Shown here: positions 51,388 to 60,526 of the stretch, one piece after another
Layout: every line of letters starts with the position of its first letter
Numbering within the stretch: the first letter of the stretch is position 1
From: an uncultured bacterium
Lineage (GTDB): Bacteria > Babelota > Babeliae > Babelales > Babelaceae
DNA length: 64,000 nucleotides
Direction of reading: 5' to 3'
Assembly (NCBI GenBank): GCA_963848965.1
Contig: CAWKFG010000001.1
Coordinates: 96,001-160,000, forward strand
Made by a program: the position numbers and the translations under genes
Notes under the pieces: generated by a model
Seen by the model: the letters and a program-made list of their open reading frames with translations, nothing else
The model's database searches: none
Told to the model about the DNA's origin: nothing

Positions 51388-51615
51388 ATGTCAAAGCAAA
51401 AAGAGGATATTATAAAAGTTGATGGGATCGTTAAGGAAACGCTTCCAAATGCTATGTTTCGTGTAGAAATCGAAGGTGGGCATGTGGTATTAGCGCATGT
51501 CTCAGGTAAAATGCGTATGAATTATATTCGTATCTTACCTGGTGACAAAGTAGCACTTGAACTTTCTCCTTATGATCTTACCAGAGGACGCATTGTATTA
51601 CGGTATAAAAGTTAG
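51388..51615 (+). CDS. infA: Translation initiation factor IF-1
   Basis: [23 protein letters not shown]. Confidence 0.99.
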   Translation: MSKQKEDIIKVDGIVKETLPNAMFRVEIEGGHVVLAHVSGKMRMNYIRILPGDKVALELSPYDLTRGRIVLRYKS

Positions 51616-51624
51616 GGTAATGAC

Positions 51625-51741
51625 ATGAAAGTAAGAACATCAGTAAAAAGAATATGTAGGGACTGCCGTATTATTAACCGTGAAGGGGTAGTACGAGTTC
51701 TTTGCAAAAAGAATCCGCGCCATAAGCAAAGGCAAGGATAA
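51625..51741 (+). CDS. rpmJ: 50S ribosomal protein L36 (not in ORF track)
   Basis: Manual translation [38 protein letters not shown]. Confidence 0.97.
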   Translation: MKVRTSVKRICRDCRIINREGVVRVLCKKNPRHKQRQG

Positions 51742-51763
51742 GTTAGTATAGTGAGGGTATAGC

Positions 51764-52153
51764 ATGGCTAGAATAGAAGGTGTTAATTTACCAAGAGAAA
51801 AGCGTATTGAATATGCGCTTCCCTATGTTTTTGGTATAGGTCTTAAAAGATCTCGAGATATTTTAAACAAAGTTGGTATAGACTTTGATCTACGAGTAAG
51901 AGATTTAACTGATGAGCAGGTAACTGCTATTCAGAAAGAGATTACTGCAAATTATGCAACAGAAGGTGATTTGCGTAAAGAAATTAGGCTTAATATTAAG
52001 CGTTTGCAAGATATCAACAGTTACAGAGGGTTGCGACATAAAAAGTCATTACCTGCTCGTGGTCAAAGAACAAAGACAAATGCGCGTACACGTAAGGGTC
52101 CACGTAAAGCAGGTTCTGCAGTAGCGCTTAAGAAAAAAATAACGAAGAAATAA
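51764..52153 (+). CDS. rpsM: 30S ribosomal protein S13
   Basis: [14 protein letters not shown]. Confidence 0.99.
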   Translation: MARIEGVNLPREKRIEYALPYVFGIGLKRSRDILNKVGIDFDLRVRDLTDEQVTAIQKEITANYATEGDLRKEIRLNIKRLQDINSYRGLRHKKSLPARGQRTKTNARTRKGPRKAGSAVALKKKITKK

Positions 52154-52174
52154 TCTGTGGTAAGGAGATGATCA

Positions 52175-52558
52175 GTGACTTACAAGAAGAAAGCGAAGAA
52201 AGTAAAACGACAAGTTGACACAGCAGTAGCGCATGTACAGTCAACGTTTAATAATACCTTAGTTTCGGTAACTACGGTAGAAGGTGATGTGTTACTCAGA
52301 TCCAGTGCAGGAAAGCTTGGCTTTAAAGGTGCTCGTAAAGGAACGCCGTTTGCAGCTTCTCAAATAGGGTCAACACTTGCAAAAGAAATGTCTGGTATGG
52401 GTATCAGAAACATAGAGGTTAATTTGCAAGGGCCAGGAGCAGGAAGAGATTCAATTGTACGAGCATTTCAGTCATCAGGACTTAATGTTTCGATGCTCAG
52501 GGATGTAACGCCGCTTCCTCATAATGGTACAAGACCTCCTAAAAAACGGCGTGTATAA
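52175..52558 (+). CDS. rpsK: 30S ribosomal protein S11
   Basis: STFNNT, DVTPLPHNG. Confidence 0.99.
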   Translation: MTYKKKAKKVKRQVDTAVAHVQSTFNNTLVSVTTVEGDVLLRSSAGKLGFKGARKGTPFAASQIGSTLAKEMSGMGIRNIEVNLQGPGAGRDSIVRAFQSSGLNVSMLRDVTPLPHNGTRPPKKRRV

Positions 52559-52591
52559 GGTAATTTATTTTTTAAAGGAAGATGCAAGAGC

Positions 52592-53164
52592 ATGGAAAGA
52601 AGAAATCCAGCAGAACGTTCTGCCAAACTTGATCGAACCTCTAAAGCTGAGCGTACTCCAAAACGTGTGCGTAAACTGTCAGAATATGGACGACAGCTTG
52701 AGGAAAAGCAGAAAGTAAAAGAAATGTATGGCATGCGTGAGCAGCAATTTAAACGATTTTTTTCAATCGCAACGAGAAGCCAAGAAGCAACTGGTGAAGC
52801 GCTTTTAAGTTTGCTAGAAAGAAGACTTGATAATGCTGTCTATCGCTTAAAGCTCGCTTCAACGCGAGCGCAAGCACGACAAATTATTGTTCATGGTCAT
52901 ATTTTAGTAAATGGTAAGAAAGTATATTCTCCTTCATATTTAATATCTATAGGAGAAGAGATTTCACTTGCTCCGCAAGTTGTTGATAAAACAACATTTA
53001 TTGAACAGGTAATCGATAAGCGTTTAAATTCTAATGTCAAGGTTCCAGAATGGATGGAATTAGATAAAAAAGGACGTAAAGGGCGAATTTTACGTTTGCC
53101 AGTACGAACTGATATTCAAACGCCAATTGAGGAACATCTTATCGTTGAGCTTTACTCTAAGTAA
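52592..53164 (+). CDS. rpsD: 30S ribosomal protein S4 (divergent short N-terminus)
   Basis: SEYGRQLEEKQK, LERRLDN, ARQIIVHGH, IVELYSK. Confidence 0.97.
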   Translation: MERRNPAERSAKLDRTSKAERTPKRVRKLSEYGRQLEEKQKVKEMYGMREQQFKRFFSIATRSQEATGEALLSLLERRLDNAVYRLKLASTRAQARQIIVHGHILVNGKKVYSPSYLISIGEEISLAPQVVDKTTFIEQVIDKRLNSNVKVPEWMELDKKGRKGRILRLPVRTDIQTPIEEHLIVELYSK

Positions 53165-53197
53165 AGTGATGATATCGTTTCATAGGGATACGCGCTT

Positions 53198-54274
53198 ATG
53201 GTTAAAAATGTGAAAGAAAATATGTCGAAAAGAAAGTATCAACCGTTAACGATTCCACGCTTGAGTTGGACAAGAGAAACACTAACAAGCTCTTTTGGAG
53301 AGCTTGTAGCACAACCACTTGAGCCAGGATTTGGGATTACATTAGGTAACGCTTTAAGACGTGTTTTATTAGGGGGAGTTGAAGGTTCTGCAGTAACAGC
53401 AGTCATTATTAAAGGTGTTAATAATGAGTTTTCACCACTTGAAGGAGTGGTTGAAGATACCATGCAAGTAGTTCTCAACATAAAAGAGCTTGTGGTAAAA
53501 AATGCTACCGGAGAGCCTGGTAAAATGAGCCTCAAGGTAAAGGGTGAAGCAGTCGCTACTGCAGCAGATATTGTAACGGACGAACATTTAGAAATTGTAA
53601 ATAAGGATCATCTTATTGCCCGTGTAGCTCAAAATGGCCTTTTGGAAATTGAATTTTTTGTAGAGTCTGGTAGAGGATATCAACCTGCACAGTGGCCTAT
53701 AGGACAAGCATTACAAGATGATAACCGTATTTATTTAGATGCTATGTTTTCGCCTGTTAGAAATGTAACATTTGAGGTTGAAAAGACTCGTGTAGGTCGT
53801 GAAATTGATTATGATAAATTAACGCTTGGTATTACTACTGATGGTTCTGAAACACCAGTGGATGTCATGCACTATTCAATTTCTGTATTACGTACCCAAC
53901 TTGAGCACTTTTTACTTGTTTCAGAAATTCCGTTTAATGAGATTTCTGCAGCACCACAAGAAGAACGAGTTGAACAAAGAACAGAAGCAGATGAGTCAAC
54001 TCTTAAAGGAATACCAGTTGATTTATTATTGAAGCCTATTGATGAGCTTGAGCTCTCAGTGCGTGCACATAACTGTTTGATCAACGCAGGTATTAAGCGT
54101 ATCATTGATCTTGTTAATCTTTCAGAGGACGAAGCTCTTAAGATTAAGAATTTTGGACGTAAGTCACTTAATGAAGTGAAAGAAAGCTTAAAATCCTTTG
54201 GTTTATCGTTTGGAATGAATATTAAAGAATCAGATGTAAAAAGACTATTAGAAAGTAAGGATATTGGGGTATGA
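53198..54274 (+). CDS. rpoA: RNA polymerase alpha subunit
   Basis: PLEPGFGITLGNALRR, LELSVRAHNCL, NFGRKSL. Confidence 0.99.
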   Translation: MVKNVKENMSKRKYQPLTIPRLSWTRETLTSSFGELVAQPLEPGFGITLGNALRRVLLGGVEGSAVTAVIIKGVNNEFSPLEGVVEDTMQVVLNIKELVVKNATGEPGKMSLKVKGEAVATAADIVTDEHLEIVNKDHLIARVAQNGLLEIEFFVESGRGYQPAQWPIGQALQDDNRIYLDAMFSPVRNVTFEVEKTRVGREIDYDKLTLGITTDGSETPVDVMHYSISVLRTQLEHFLLVSEIPFNEISAAPQEERVEQRTEADESTLKGIPVDLLLKPIDELELSVRAHNCLINAGIKRIIDLVNLSEDEALKIKNFGRKSLNEVKESLKSFGLSFGMNIKESDVKRLLESKDIGV

Positions 54275-54630
54275 AACATCAAACCGGTAGAGTAAAATTA
54301 AACCTACCATCGGCGCATAGAAGTGCCATGCTTCGTAACCAAGTGATTACGTTAATTACGTATGGTCACTTAGTGACAACGAAAACACGAGCAAAAGAGG
54401 TGCGCCGATTAGCAGAAAAGTTAGTAACACTTGCTCGTGAGGGCAATAACTTTAATGCTCGACGTCGAGCAAAGGCAATGCTTCCTTATAAAGAAGAAGC
54501 GCTTATTAAATTGTTTAATGATATAGCGCCACGCTATGTGCATCGCCCTGGCGGATACACTCGTATCATTCCTTTAGGACGTCGAGTAAGTGATACTGCA
54601 ACAATGGCGCGGCTTGAATGGGTACTATAA
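54271..54630 (+). CDS. rplQ: 50S ribosomal protein L17
   Basis: TTKTRAKE, RPGGYTRI. Confidence 0.98.
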   Translation: MKHQTGRVKLNLPSAHRSAMLRNQVITLITYGHLVTTKTRAKEVRRLAEKLVTLAREGNNFNARRRAKAMLPYKEEALIKLFNDIAPRYVHRPGGYTRIIPLGRRVSDTATMARLEWVL

Positions 54631-54636
54631 ATAAGT

Positions 54637-54873
54637 ATGACCTACGAGCATATTATTAAGAAGATTGAAGATCTTCTGCAAGAGCTACGTCCTACCATAC
54701 AGATGGATGGGGGAGATATCGAGTTTGTTTCTTTTAAAGATGGGATAGTTTCTTTGCGACTGCACGGGGCATGTGTAAACTGTCCTCTGTCCCTTTACAC
54801 GGTAAAGCTTGGTATCGAGGAACGATTAAAAGAGCATATACCAGATATCCAAGAAGTTATTGCAATTAATTAG
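54637..54873 (+). CDS. NifU C-terminal domain (Nfu-type) Fe-S carrier
   Basis: RPTIQMDGGDIE...GACVNCP. Confidence 0.9.
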   Translation: MTYEHIIKKIEDLLQELRPTIQMDGGDIEFVSFKDGIVSLRLHGACVNCPLSLYTVKLGIEERLKEHIPDIQEVIAIN

Positions 54874-54879
54874 CATATA

Positions 54880-54916
54880 AAGCTCCCTGCTTACAGAAGT
54901 TGGGAGCTTCTTTTTT
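54880..54916 (+). terminator. Terminator of the ribosomal superoperon
   Basis: AGCTCCC...GGGAGCT followed by T-tract. Confidence 0.75.
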
Positions 54917-55008
54917 GTATCTTTGTTAATTAATTGTTGACAAGAAAAATGCTCTTCCTATAGATTAGACATCAGCGCGCGTGATTATTAAGAAAGGGGA
55001 AATGGGGT

Positions 55009-55683
55009 ATGAAGAGAGTGCTTAGTGCTTTCATTTTGTGTTTTTTTACTATAAATATGTTACATGGTATGAATTCACAGAAAGATGATGCGTCAAAGAA
55101 AGATTTGACAAAAAGTTTCAATGGTCTTGGTTCATTTTATGATATAGCATCTCCAGATGGAAAGCTGCGGCAAGCACAAGGAGAGCCTGTTGTAGAACAG
55201 GTGGTACCACAACAAGCATCTTCTGATAAAGTACAAAGTCCTCGTGGGTCTGACCAACAACAGCAAGAAGAGCATATACATCTAAAAGCGCCTTCTCGGC
55301 AAGATTCTCCTCGTCAGATACATCAAGCTCCTCAAGAAGCAGTAGCTGAAACTGCTCAACCAGCTCCTACTAGCTTTCAAGAAAGATTAGCAAAGAAGGA
55401 GAATACTCAGAAGGAGCCACAACCTGCTGCAAAACAGGAAGCTCCGGTTACTATAAAAGAGTGTTCTTTGGCAAAACCAATTCTTTTGACTACTCTAGCT
55501 GCTGGTGCTCTTTATGCAGTACATAAACCAACACGTCAGAAGGTTAACGATCTTATTTCTCGAGCGAGTAAAAAAATTAAAGAAAGCAGGCGAGCGCAGA
55601 TACTAGTAGGTACTTCACTGCTAGCAGCTGCAGGATTAGTATGGTGGTGTTGTACGCATAACGGCGTAGCGAGTAATGTATAG
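55009..55683 (+). CDS. Exported membrane protein with Q/P-rich linker and two hydrophobic segments
   Basis: Signal peptide; ILLTTLAAGALYAV and ILVGTSLLAAAGLVWW. Confidence 0.75.
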   Translation: MKRVLSAFILCFFTINMLHGMNSQKDDASKKDLTKSFNGLGSFYDIASPDGKLRQAQGEPVVEQVVPQQASSDKVQSPRGSDQQQQEEHIHLKAPSRQDSPRQIHQAPQEAVAETAQPAPTSFQERLAKKENTQKEPQPAAKQEAPVTIKECSLAKPILLTTLAAGALYAVHKPTRQKVNDLISRASKKIKESRRAQILVGTSLLAAAGLVWWCCTHNGVASNV

Positions 55684-55965
55684 TTTAAAAAAAGGAGAGG
55701 AGAATGAAGCGCATGAACAATGAAGGGGGGGCATTTGATTAATACTTTCTTGCTTGCTATACTTATGTTTAATTAGTTTTGAAATTTGACACATAAGGAG
55801 GTCGGATAGCAAAAGTAATATAAGTGAAAGCTTTTAAACATAAGAGGCTATTGACAAGAAAAAAACATTCTATAAATTGGTAACAAGTAGAATGTGTAAT
55901 CCTTAACAAACAGTAAGGTTATGAATAAAACAATACTATTTCATAATTCTATGGAGGACAAACTT

Positions 55966-56694
55966 ATGAATTCTTTTAAAAAATCTTTTTTAAGTCTTGC
56001 ATTACTTGTTGTTGCAGCTCCTGCACTTGTTGCAGGTGGTGAAGCTCCTAAAGCTCCAGAAGCTGCTCCTGCAGAAGCACCTAAGGCTGCAGAAGCGCCT
56101 AAAGCTGCTGAAGCGAAAACTCCAGGATGGGCAAGCCGTCTCTTTACAGCTTCAAAAAGACCGTTCACAGAACCTAAAAAGATGTGGAACGAAGGTACCT
56201 GTAAAGACAGAGCGCAAATGGCTGGTACTTATGCAGCTATCGCAGCTGGTGTAACTGGACTTGCTTATAAATTTATTCCGCAAGTTCGTAGCACAATTAA
56301 CACTGGTTGGGCAAAAACCAAAGCTGGTGTTAACGCAGTTGTTGATCGCGTGAAAAAAGATAAGACAGCACAAGTGATTGCTGGTGGAACAGCTGCTGCT
56401 TTAACAGCTGTTACTGGTTATTTCATTTGGAAAAAAGTAAAAGCTGCTAAACCTGCAGTTGAAGAAAAAGCTAAGGAAGCTGCTGATACAGCAAAAGAAG
56501 CAGCTAAAGAAGCTGCTCCTAAGGCAGAACCAGCTGTAAGTGCAGAGCAACTTGCAAAAGATGCTGCTAAGGTAGTTGAGAAAGCGCATGAAGTGCCAAC
56601 TCATAACATTGGTGATGCTGCTAAAACTGTTAATGCAGAAAAACCAGCAGAACAATCTAAAGCTGAACCTAAAGCTGAACCTAAAGCAGTATAA
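55966..56694 (+). CDS. Exported membrane protein, A/K/E/P-rich with two hydrophobic segments
   Basis: Start MNSFKK at 55966 (RBS GGAGG); EAPKA repeats; AAIAAGVTGLAYK and IAGGTAAALTAVTGYFIWK. Confidence 0.8.
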   Translation: MNSFKKSFLSLALLVVAAPALVAGGEAPKAPEAAPAEAPKAAEAPKAAEAKTPGWASRLFTASKRPFTEPKKMWNEGTCKDRAQMAGTYAAIAAGVTGLAYKFIPQVRSTINTGWAKTKAGVNAVVDRVKKDKTAQVIAGGTAAALTAVTGYFIWKKVKAAKPAVEEKAKEAADTAKEAAKEAAPKAEPAVSAEQLAKDAAKVVEKAHEVPTHNIGDAAKTVNAEKPAEQSKAEPKAEPKAV

Positions 56695-56716
56695 GCACTT
56701 GCTTAATTCAGAAATT

Positions 56717-56747
56717 AAAGAGGCTCCCAAATCGGGAGCCTCTTTTT
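56717..56747 (+). terminator. Rho-independent terminator
   Basis: AAAGAGGCTCCC-aaatc-GGGAGCCTCTTTTT. Confidence 0.85.
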
Positions 56748-56864
56748 GTTAAAGTCACTTAAGGGTGACTTTTTCTTTTGACTATCTTGCTTCTCTTTTT
56801 ATACTTTTCTTTTCTACTAGACATTGGTTAATGTAGTACTCAAAAACCTTGATTTTGAGGGCTT

Positions 56865-56892
56865 TTGACAAAGCAATTTCTTTTTGTACAAT
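56865..56892 (+). promoter_or_regulatory. Putative promoter
   Basis: TTGACA-N16-TACAAT. Confidence 0.6.
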
Positions 56893-56939
56893 TTAGTAGG
56901 TGTAATAAAGCACATAAAAATTGTACCTAAGGAGTTACT

Positions 56940-57744
56940 ATGCAACTATTTAAATTATCGCTTATTGCAGTGATAGTGGCTCTTGGAGCTTCACTATCAG
57001 TCCTAGCTATGGAAAAAGAGCCCAAAAAGGCCGCTATAAATATTAAGTTAAAAACAGTAGATCCTAATAGTGCTATTGCACAGTTAGGTAAAAAGCTTGA
57101 GCCTACAATTGCACTTGCTTATGGAGCTGCTAAGGCAGACAAAGAGAATCCTCAGCCTCGAAGAGCTGTTCCTATAGCAAGAGCCTGCACCGGGAGCAGC
57201 AAAGATACCGCCACCGCCACTTGGAGGGATGCGTCCTGGTGTTGACGGAGTTCTTCTTGCTCGACTCCAGGAGGAGTTACATAAGATAGCGGATCTTGAG
57301 AGACAACTGCAGCGACTTATGGTGCGCTTAGAAGAGATGCAAAGGCAAGGTCAGGTTCAAGAAGATCTCAAGAAAGTTATTGAAGATCTTAAAGAGCTTA
57401 AAAAAGAAGCTGAAAAGAAAGCAGAAAAAATAGAAGAAAAGGTTGTACAAACATCTTCTACGCCATCATTGCAGTTAGATAAAGATGTGGTTATGATTGC
57501 AGGAGCTGTTGCTGCAGGAACGATTACTGGTGCAGTTGCGCTTTATAAGTGGTGTATGCCATTTCAACAACATTGTACTGCTGCATGGAATAAAGCAAAG
57601 CAAGGAGCTTCTAAAGCCTATACATGGTTAAAGGAGCACAAGGCAGTTACTGCATTTGTAGGAGGTGCTGCAGTAAGTGCAAGCGCCTTAGGTGGCCTTT
57701 GGTATCTTAACTCATCTATACACAAGTCTCCTTCTCGTAAATAA
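56940..57744 (+). pseudogene. Exported membrane protein split by frameshift near 57175
   Basis: Signal-peptide ORF 56940-57245 continues in the next frame from 57178 (QEPAPGAAKIPPPPLGGMRP...) into a coiled coil and two hydrophobic segments. Confidence 0.7.
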
Positions 57745-57747
57745 TTG

Positions 57748-57776
57748 AAAGCCCTCATTATGAGGGACTTTTTTTT
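57748..57776 (+). terminator. Rho-independent terminator
   Basis: CCCTCAT-t-ATGAGGG followed by T-tract. Confidence 0.7.
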
Positions 57777-57880
57777 CTATTAAAGGGGGGCTTTTGACTG
57801 ATAGGATAGATAGTGTAAATTAGAAAATAACTAGTAAAATAATAATTGTGCATATTCATTTTTCTTATGGAGGTTTACTT

Positions 57881-59395
57881 ATGAAATTGAAAAATGCGTT
57901 ATTTCTTAGCGTAAGTTTATTGCTTGCTGCAACGCCAGTTGTTCAAGCAATGGAAAAACAAGAACCAGAAGTTGTAAAGATAAATATTATAGAACCGGAG
58001 ATAAATCTTGAGATCAAGCAGCCAGCAGAACAGAAACCTGCTGAAGCGGCTAAGGCACCAGAAGCTCCAAAGGCTGAAGAAACACCTGTTGAAAAGCAAG
58101 CGTGGTTTAAGCGCCTTGGTAAAAAAGAAGCTCTTATAGCTGGCGGTGTTGCAGGTACTGCAGCTGTAGTAGGTGCTGTATCAACAGAGCAAGGAAGAGG
58201 CTTTATTAAAAGATGGACAGTAGATCCTCTTTATAATAAGTACCAAGCAGTTAAAAAGAATGGTGTTATGCAAGAGCTTGTAACAAAGCCTGTTTTAGGA
58301 ACTATAGGTCTTGCTAGTGCAGCGACAGCCGGATGGTTTGGTTACAGATGGTTGAATAACCCTGAAAATAGAGAGCAAAAAGATAAAGTAGTTGCTCAAT
58401 GGCAACAGCATAAGAAGAAGATCTTAATCGGTGCTGGTGTTGCTGCTGCAGGTGCGTTAGCGTATAAGCTCTTAAAATCAAACTCGGCGGGTGCTCTTTC
58501 TGAAGACAAGCTTCCTGAGGTTGATCCGAAACTGCAAGTATGGCTTGATGAAGTTCGTAAAGGTATAGCAAAGGAAGACTTAGAAAAAGTTGATGCAGCT
58601 ACCGTTGCACTTGTTCTTCGTAATCCAAATCTCTTTATCTTAAAAGAGCAGCATAGTGACTTATTTAAGCTTTTAATTCCTGGAGAAAAAGAGCTTTTTG
58701 AAGAAGCAGTGCAAGCAAGTAAGCTCTTTGTACCATTGTTGAATAAAAAGCAAAAAGAAGAGCTTGTTGGCTTGATTCATGAATATAACGATGCTTTCTT
58801 TAAAGAAATAAAAGCACAGTTAGCATACTTGCATCAACTAAATAAAGAAGTGCATCAAAAGATAGCTAATGCTAAAACAGCACAAGAGCTCCTTGCGCTT
58901 GTAGATGCTCATGAAGCAAAAGAAGTATTTAAGGCTACTATTGCTAAACTTGAAGCAGGTTCTGATGCAATAACGGCAAAAGAAGCAGTAGAAATACTGG
59001 ACATAAACAAAAACTTGCTTGCTCGTACTATATACTTTACAAAGCAAGCAGAAGTTTTTGCTGCATCACTTAAAGATGCATCTTCTGTACAAAAAGACGT
59101 TATCTCTCAAAAGAAAGAAGTATCAGCACAAGCTCTTGCAGAACTTCAAATGTTCTATGAGCTACAGCTTACTGCTTTAAAAGAATCTTTTGATGGAACT
59201 CAACAAGAGCAATTGAAAAAGCATAATCTTATAAGTGTTCTTGCAAAAGCAGATAAAGATGCTTCAGTGCTTGCACAATTGATTAGTCATAAAGACTTTA
59301 AAAAGTCATTACGACAAGATCAAGTTGGCTGCATTGAGCAATTACAGCAGCTTGCTGCTCAACAACAAGCTCTTTTGCATGAATTAACTGCATAA
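57881..59395 (+). CDS. Exported membrane protein with three hydrophobic segments and a helical C-terminal domain
   Basis: Start MKLKNA at 57881 (RBS GGAGG); LIAGGVAGTAAVVG, LGTIGLASAATAGWFGYR, ILIGAGVAAAGALAYK. Confidence 0.8.
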   Translation: MKLKNALFLSVSLLLAATPVVQAMEKQEPEVVKINIIEPEINLEIKQPAEQKPAEAAKAPEAPKAEETPVEKQAWFKRLGKKEALIAGGVAGTAAVVGAVSTEQGRGFIKRWTVDPLYNKYQAVKKNGVMQELVTKPVLGTIGLASAATAGWFGYRWLNNPENREQKDKVVAQWQQHKKKILIGAGVAAAGALAYKLLKSNSAGALSEDKLPEVDPKLQVWLDEVRKGIAKEDLEKVDAATVALVLRNPNLFILKEQHSDLFKLLIPGEKELFEEAVQASKLFVPLLNKKQKEELVGLIHEYNDAFFKEIKAQLAYLHQLNKEVHQKIANAKTAQELLALVDAHEAKEVFKATIAKLEAGSDAITAKEAVEILDINKNLLARTIYFTKQAEVFAASLKDASSVQKDVISQKKEVSAQALAELQMFYELQLTALKESFDGTQQEQLKKHNLISVLAKADKDASVLAQLISHKDFKKSLRQDQVGCIEQLQQLAAQQQALLHELTA

Positions 59396-59407
59396 GCTGA
59401 TAATTAT

Positions 59408-59436
59408 GAAGGCGCCCATTATGGGCGCCTTCTTTG
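59408..59436 (+). terminator. Rho-independent terminator
   Basis: GAAGGCGCCCAT-t-ATGGGCGCCTTCTTT. Confidence 0.85.
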
Positions 59437-59628
59437 TTAATTCTTGCTTTTCTCTTTTTGTACATGCCATTCTAAAGTACAGATGGAGAGCGGTTGACAA
59501 AAAAGCAGTGCTCTATAGATTTAATAAGAGGAGAGGTATTTAAAACCAGTGGAGGTTTTTTTGCACTACTTTTATTTTCTTTCTATTTTTCAAGCTTTTT
59601 GCTTATAATTCTAGTGAGGTTATATTCT

Positions 59629-60420
59629 ATGAAGTGTAAACGTCTAGTGGTACTATTCCTTACTTTTTTTAGTACAAATTCTTATGCTGCTCAAACAGCT
59701 CAACAAACAGAAGAAGCAACTACTGAGACAGTATCTAGCCAAGACAAGGGGTCTTTTAGTGCAGTAAAAGAGAAGGTCCAAGAACATCCTGTATTAACTG
59801 CTCTTGCGCTTTCAATTGTAGGAATAGGCTGTTATAAAAACAGTAACCACATAAATGGTGAAAAGATAAGAAGTTTAATACAAAGCACAAAAACTGCTGT
59901 AGAGCATAAAATACTAGTGCCCTTATATGTTAAATATACAGAGGTCAAAGAACAGGGTATTACGCTGAAAGATGCAGGTACATTAGGGATAACTGCTCTA
60001 ACTGCGTGGGGCCTTAAAAAAGCTCAAAGTACTTATAATGTGATTGCACTGGCAACAGACTATCTCAAGAAAGGTGCTGAAGCTGTTAATAAGTTTAGAC
60101 AAGAGCATCCAAAGACAGTTGCACTTATGCTCGCTACACTTGGATCAGCAGCTCTTTTTTTACGCTTATATAAATCTGTTGCAATTCCTAAACGGACACA
60201 GCTTTTGTCGCCATTAGATCAATTTCTTCTTGCAGTTGGTGCTCATGTAAGGAAAAACTTTTTACAGTGTCCACGGCTTCGATCGCTTATTATGAGTGAT
60301 CAAGGAGATCTTTCTTCTTTTATAGAAAGTGAAGAGTTTATAGAATTTCTTTCTTCACTTACTGATGAACAGCAGATCTATATCTCTTCACTCATTAACG
60401 AGTGCCAACAGCTAGGATAA
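59629..60420 (+). CDS. Exported membrane protein with three hydrophobic segments
   Basis: Start MKCKRL at 59629 (RBS GAGG); QEHP-preceded hydrophobic segments. Confidence 0.75.
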   Translation: MKCKRLVVLFLTFFSTNSYAAQTAQQTEEATTETVSSQDKGSFSAVKEKVQEHPVLTALALSIVGIGCYKNSNHINGEKIRSLIQSTKTAVEHKILVPLYVKYTEVKEQGITLKDAGTLGITALTAWGLKKAQSTYNVIALATDYLKKGAEAVNKFRQEHPKTVALMLATLGSAALFLRLYKSVAIPKRTQLLSPLDQFLLAVGAHVRKNFLQCPRLRSLIMSDQGDLSSFIESEEFIEFLSSLTDEQQIYISSLINECQQLG

Positions 60421-60449
60421 GCTTCTTTTGGTAGAGAGTATGCTATCCT

Positions 60450-60478
60450 TTGAAAAAATCTCTCAAGGTTACTATACT
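60450..60478 (+). promoter_or_regulatory. Putative promoter of trxB
   Basis: TTGAAA-N17-TATACT. Confidence 0.55.
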
Positions 60479-60526
60479 TGAGGATGTTATGGATAGAAGC
60501 AACTCTATGATGATGATGAGGATTTT

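Noticed and set aside
5326..59628. Upstream starts given by the ORF track (5326, 9514, 15982, 18129, 19159, 31557, 42749, 44738, 55921, 57848, 59494)
   Set aside because: Downstream ATGs have better RBS, signal-peptide or homology context and avoid overlaps.
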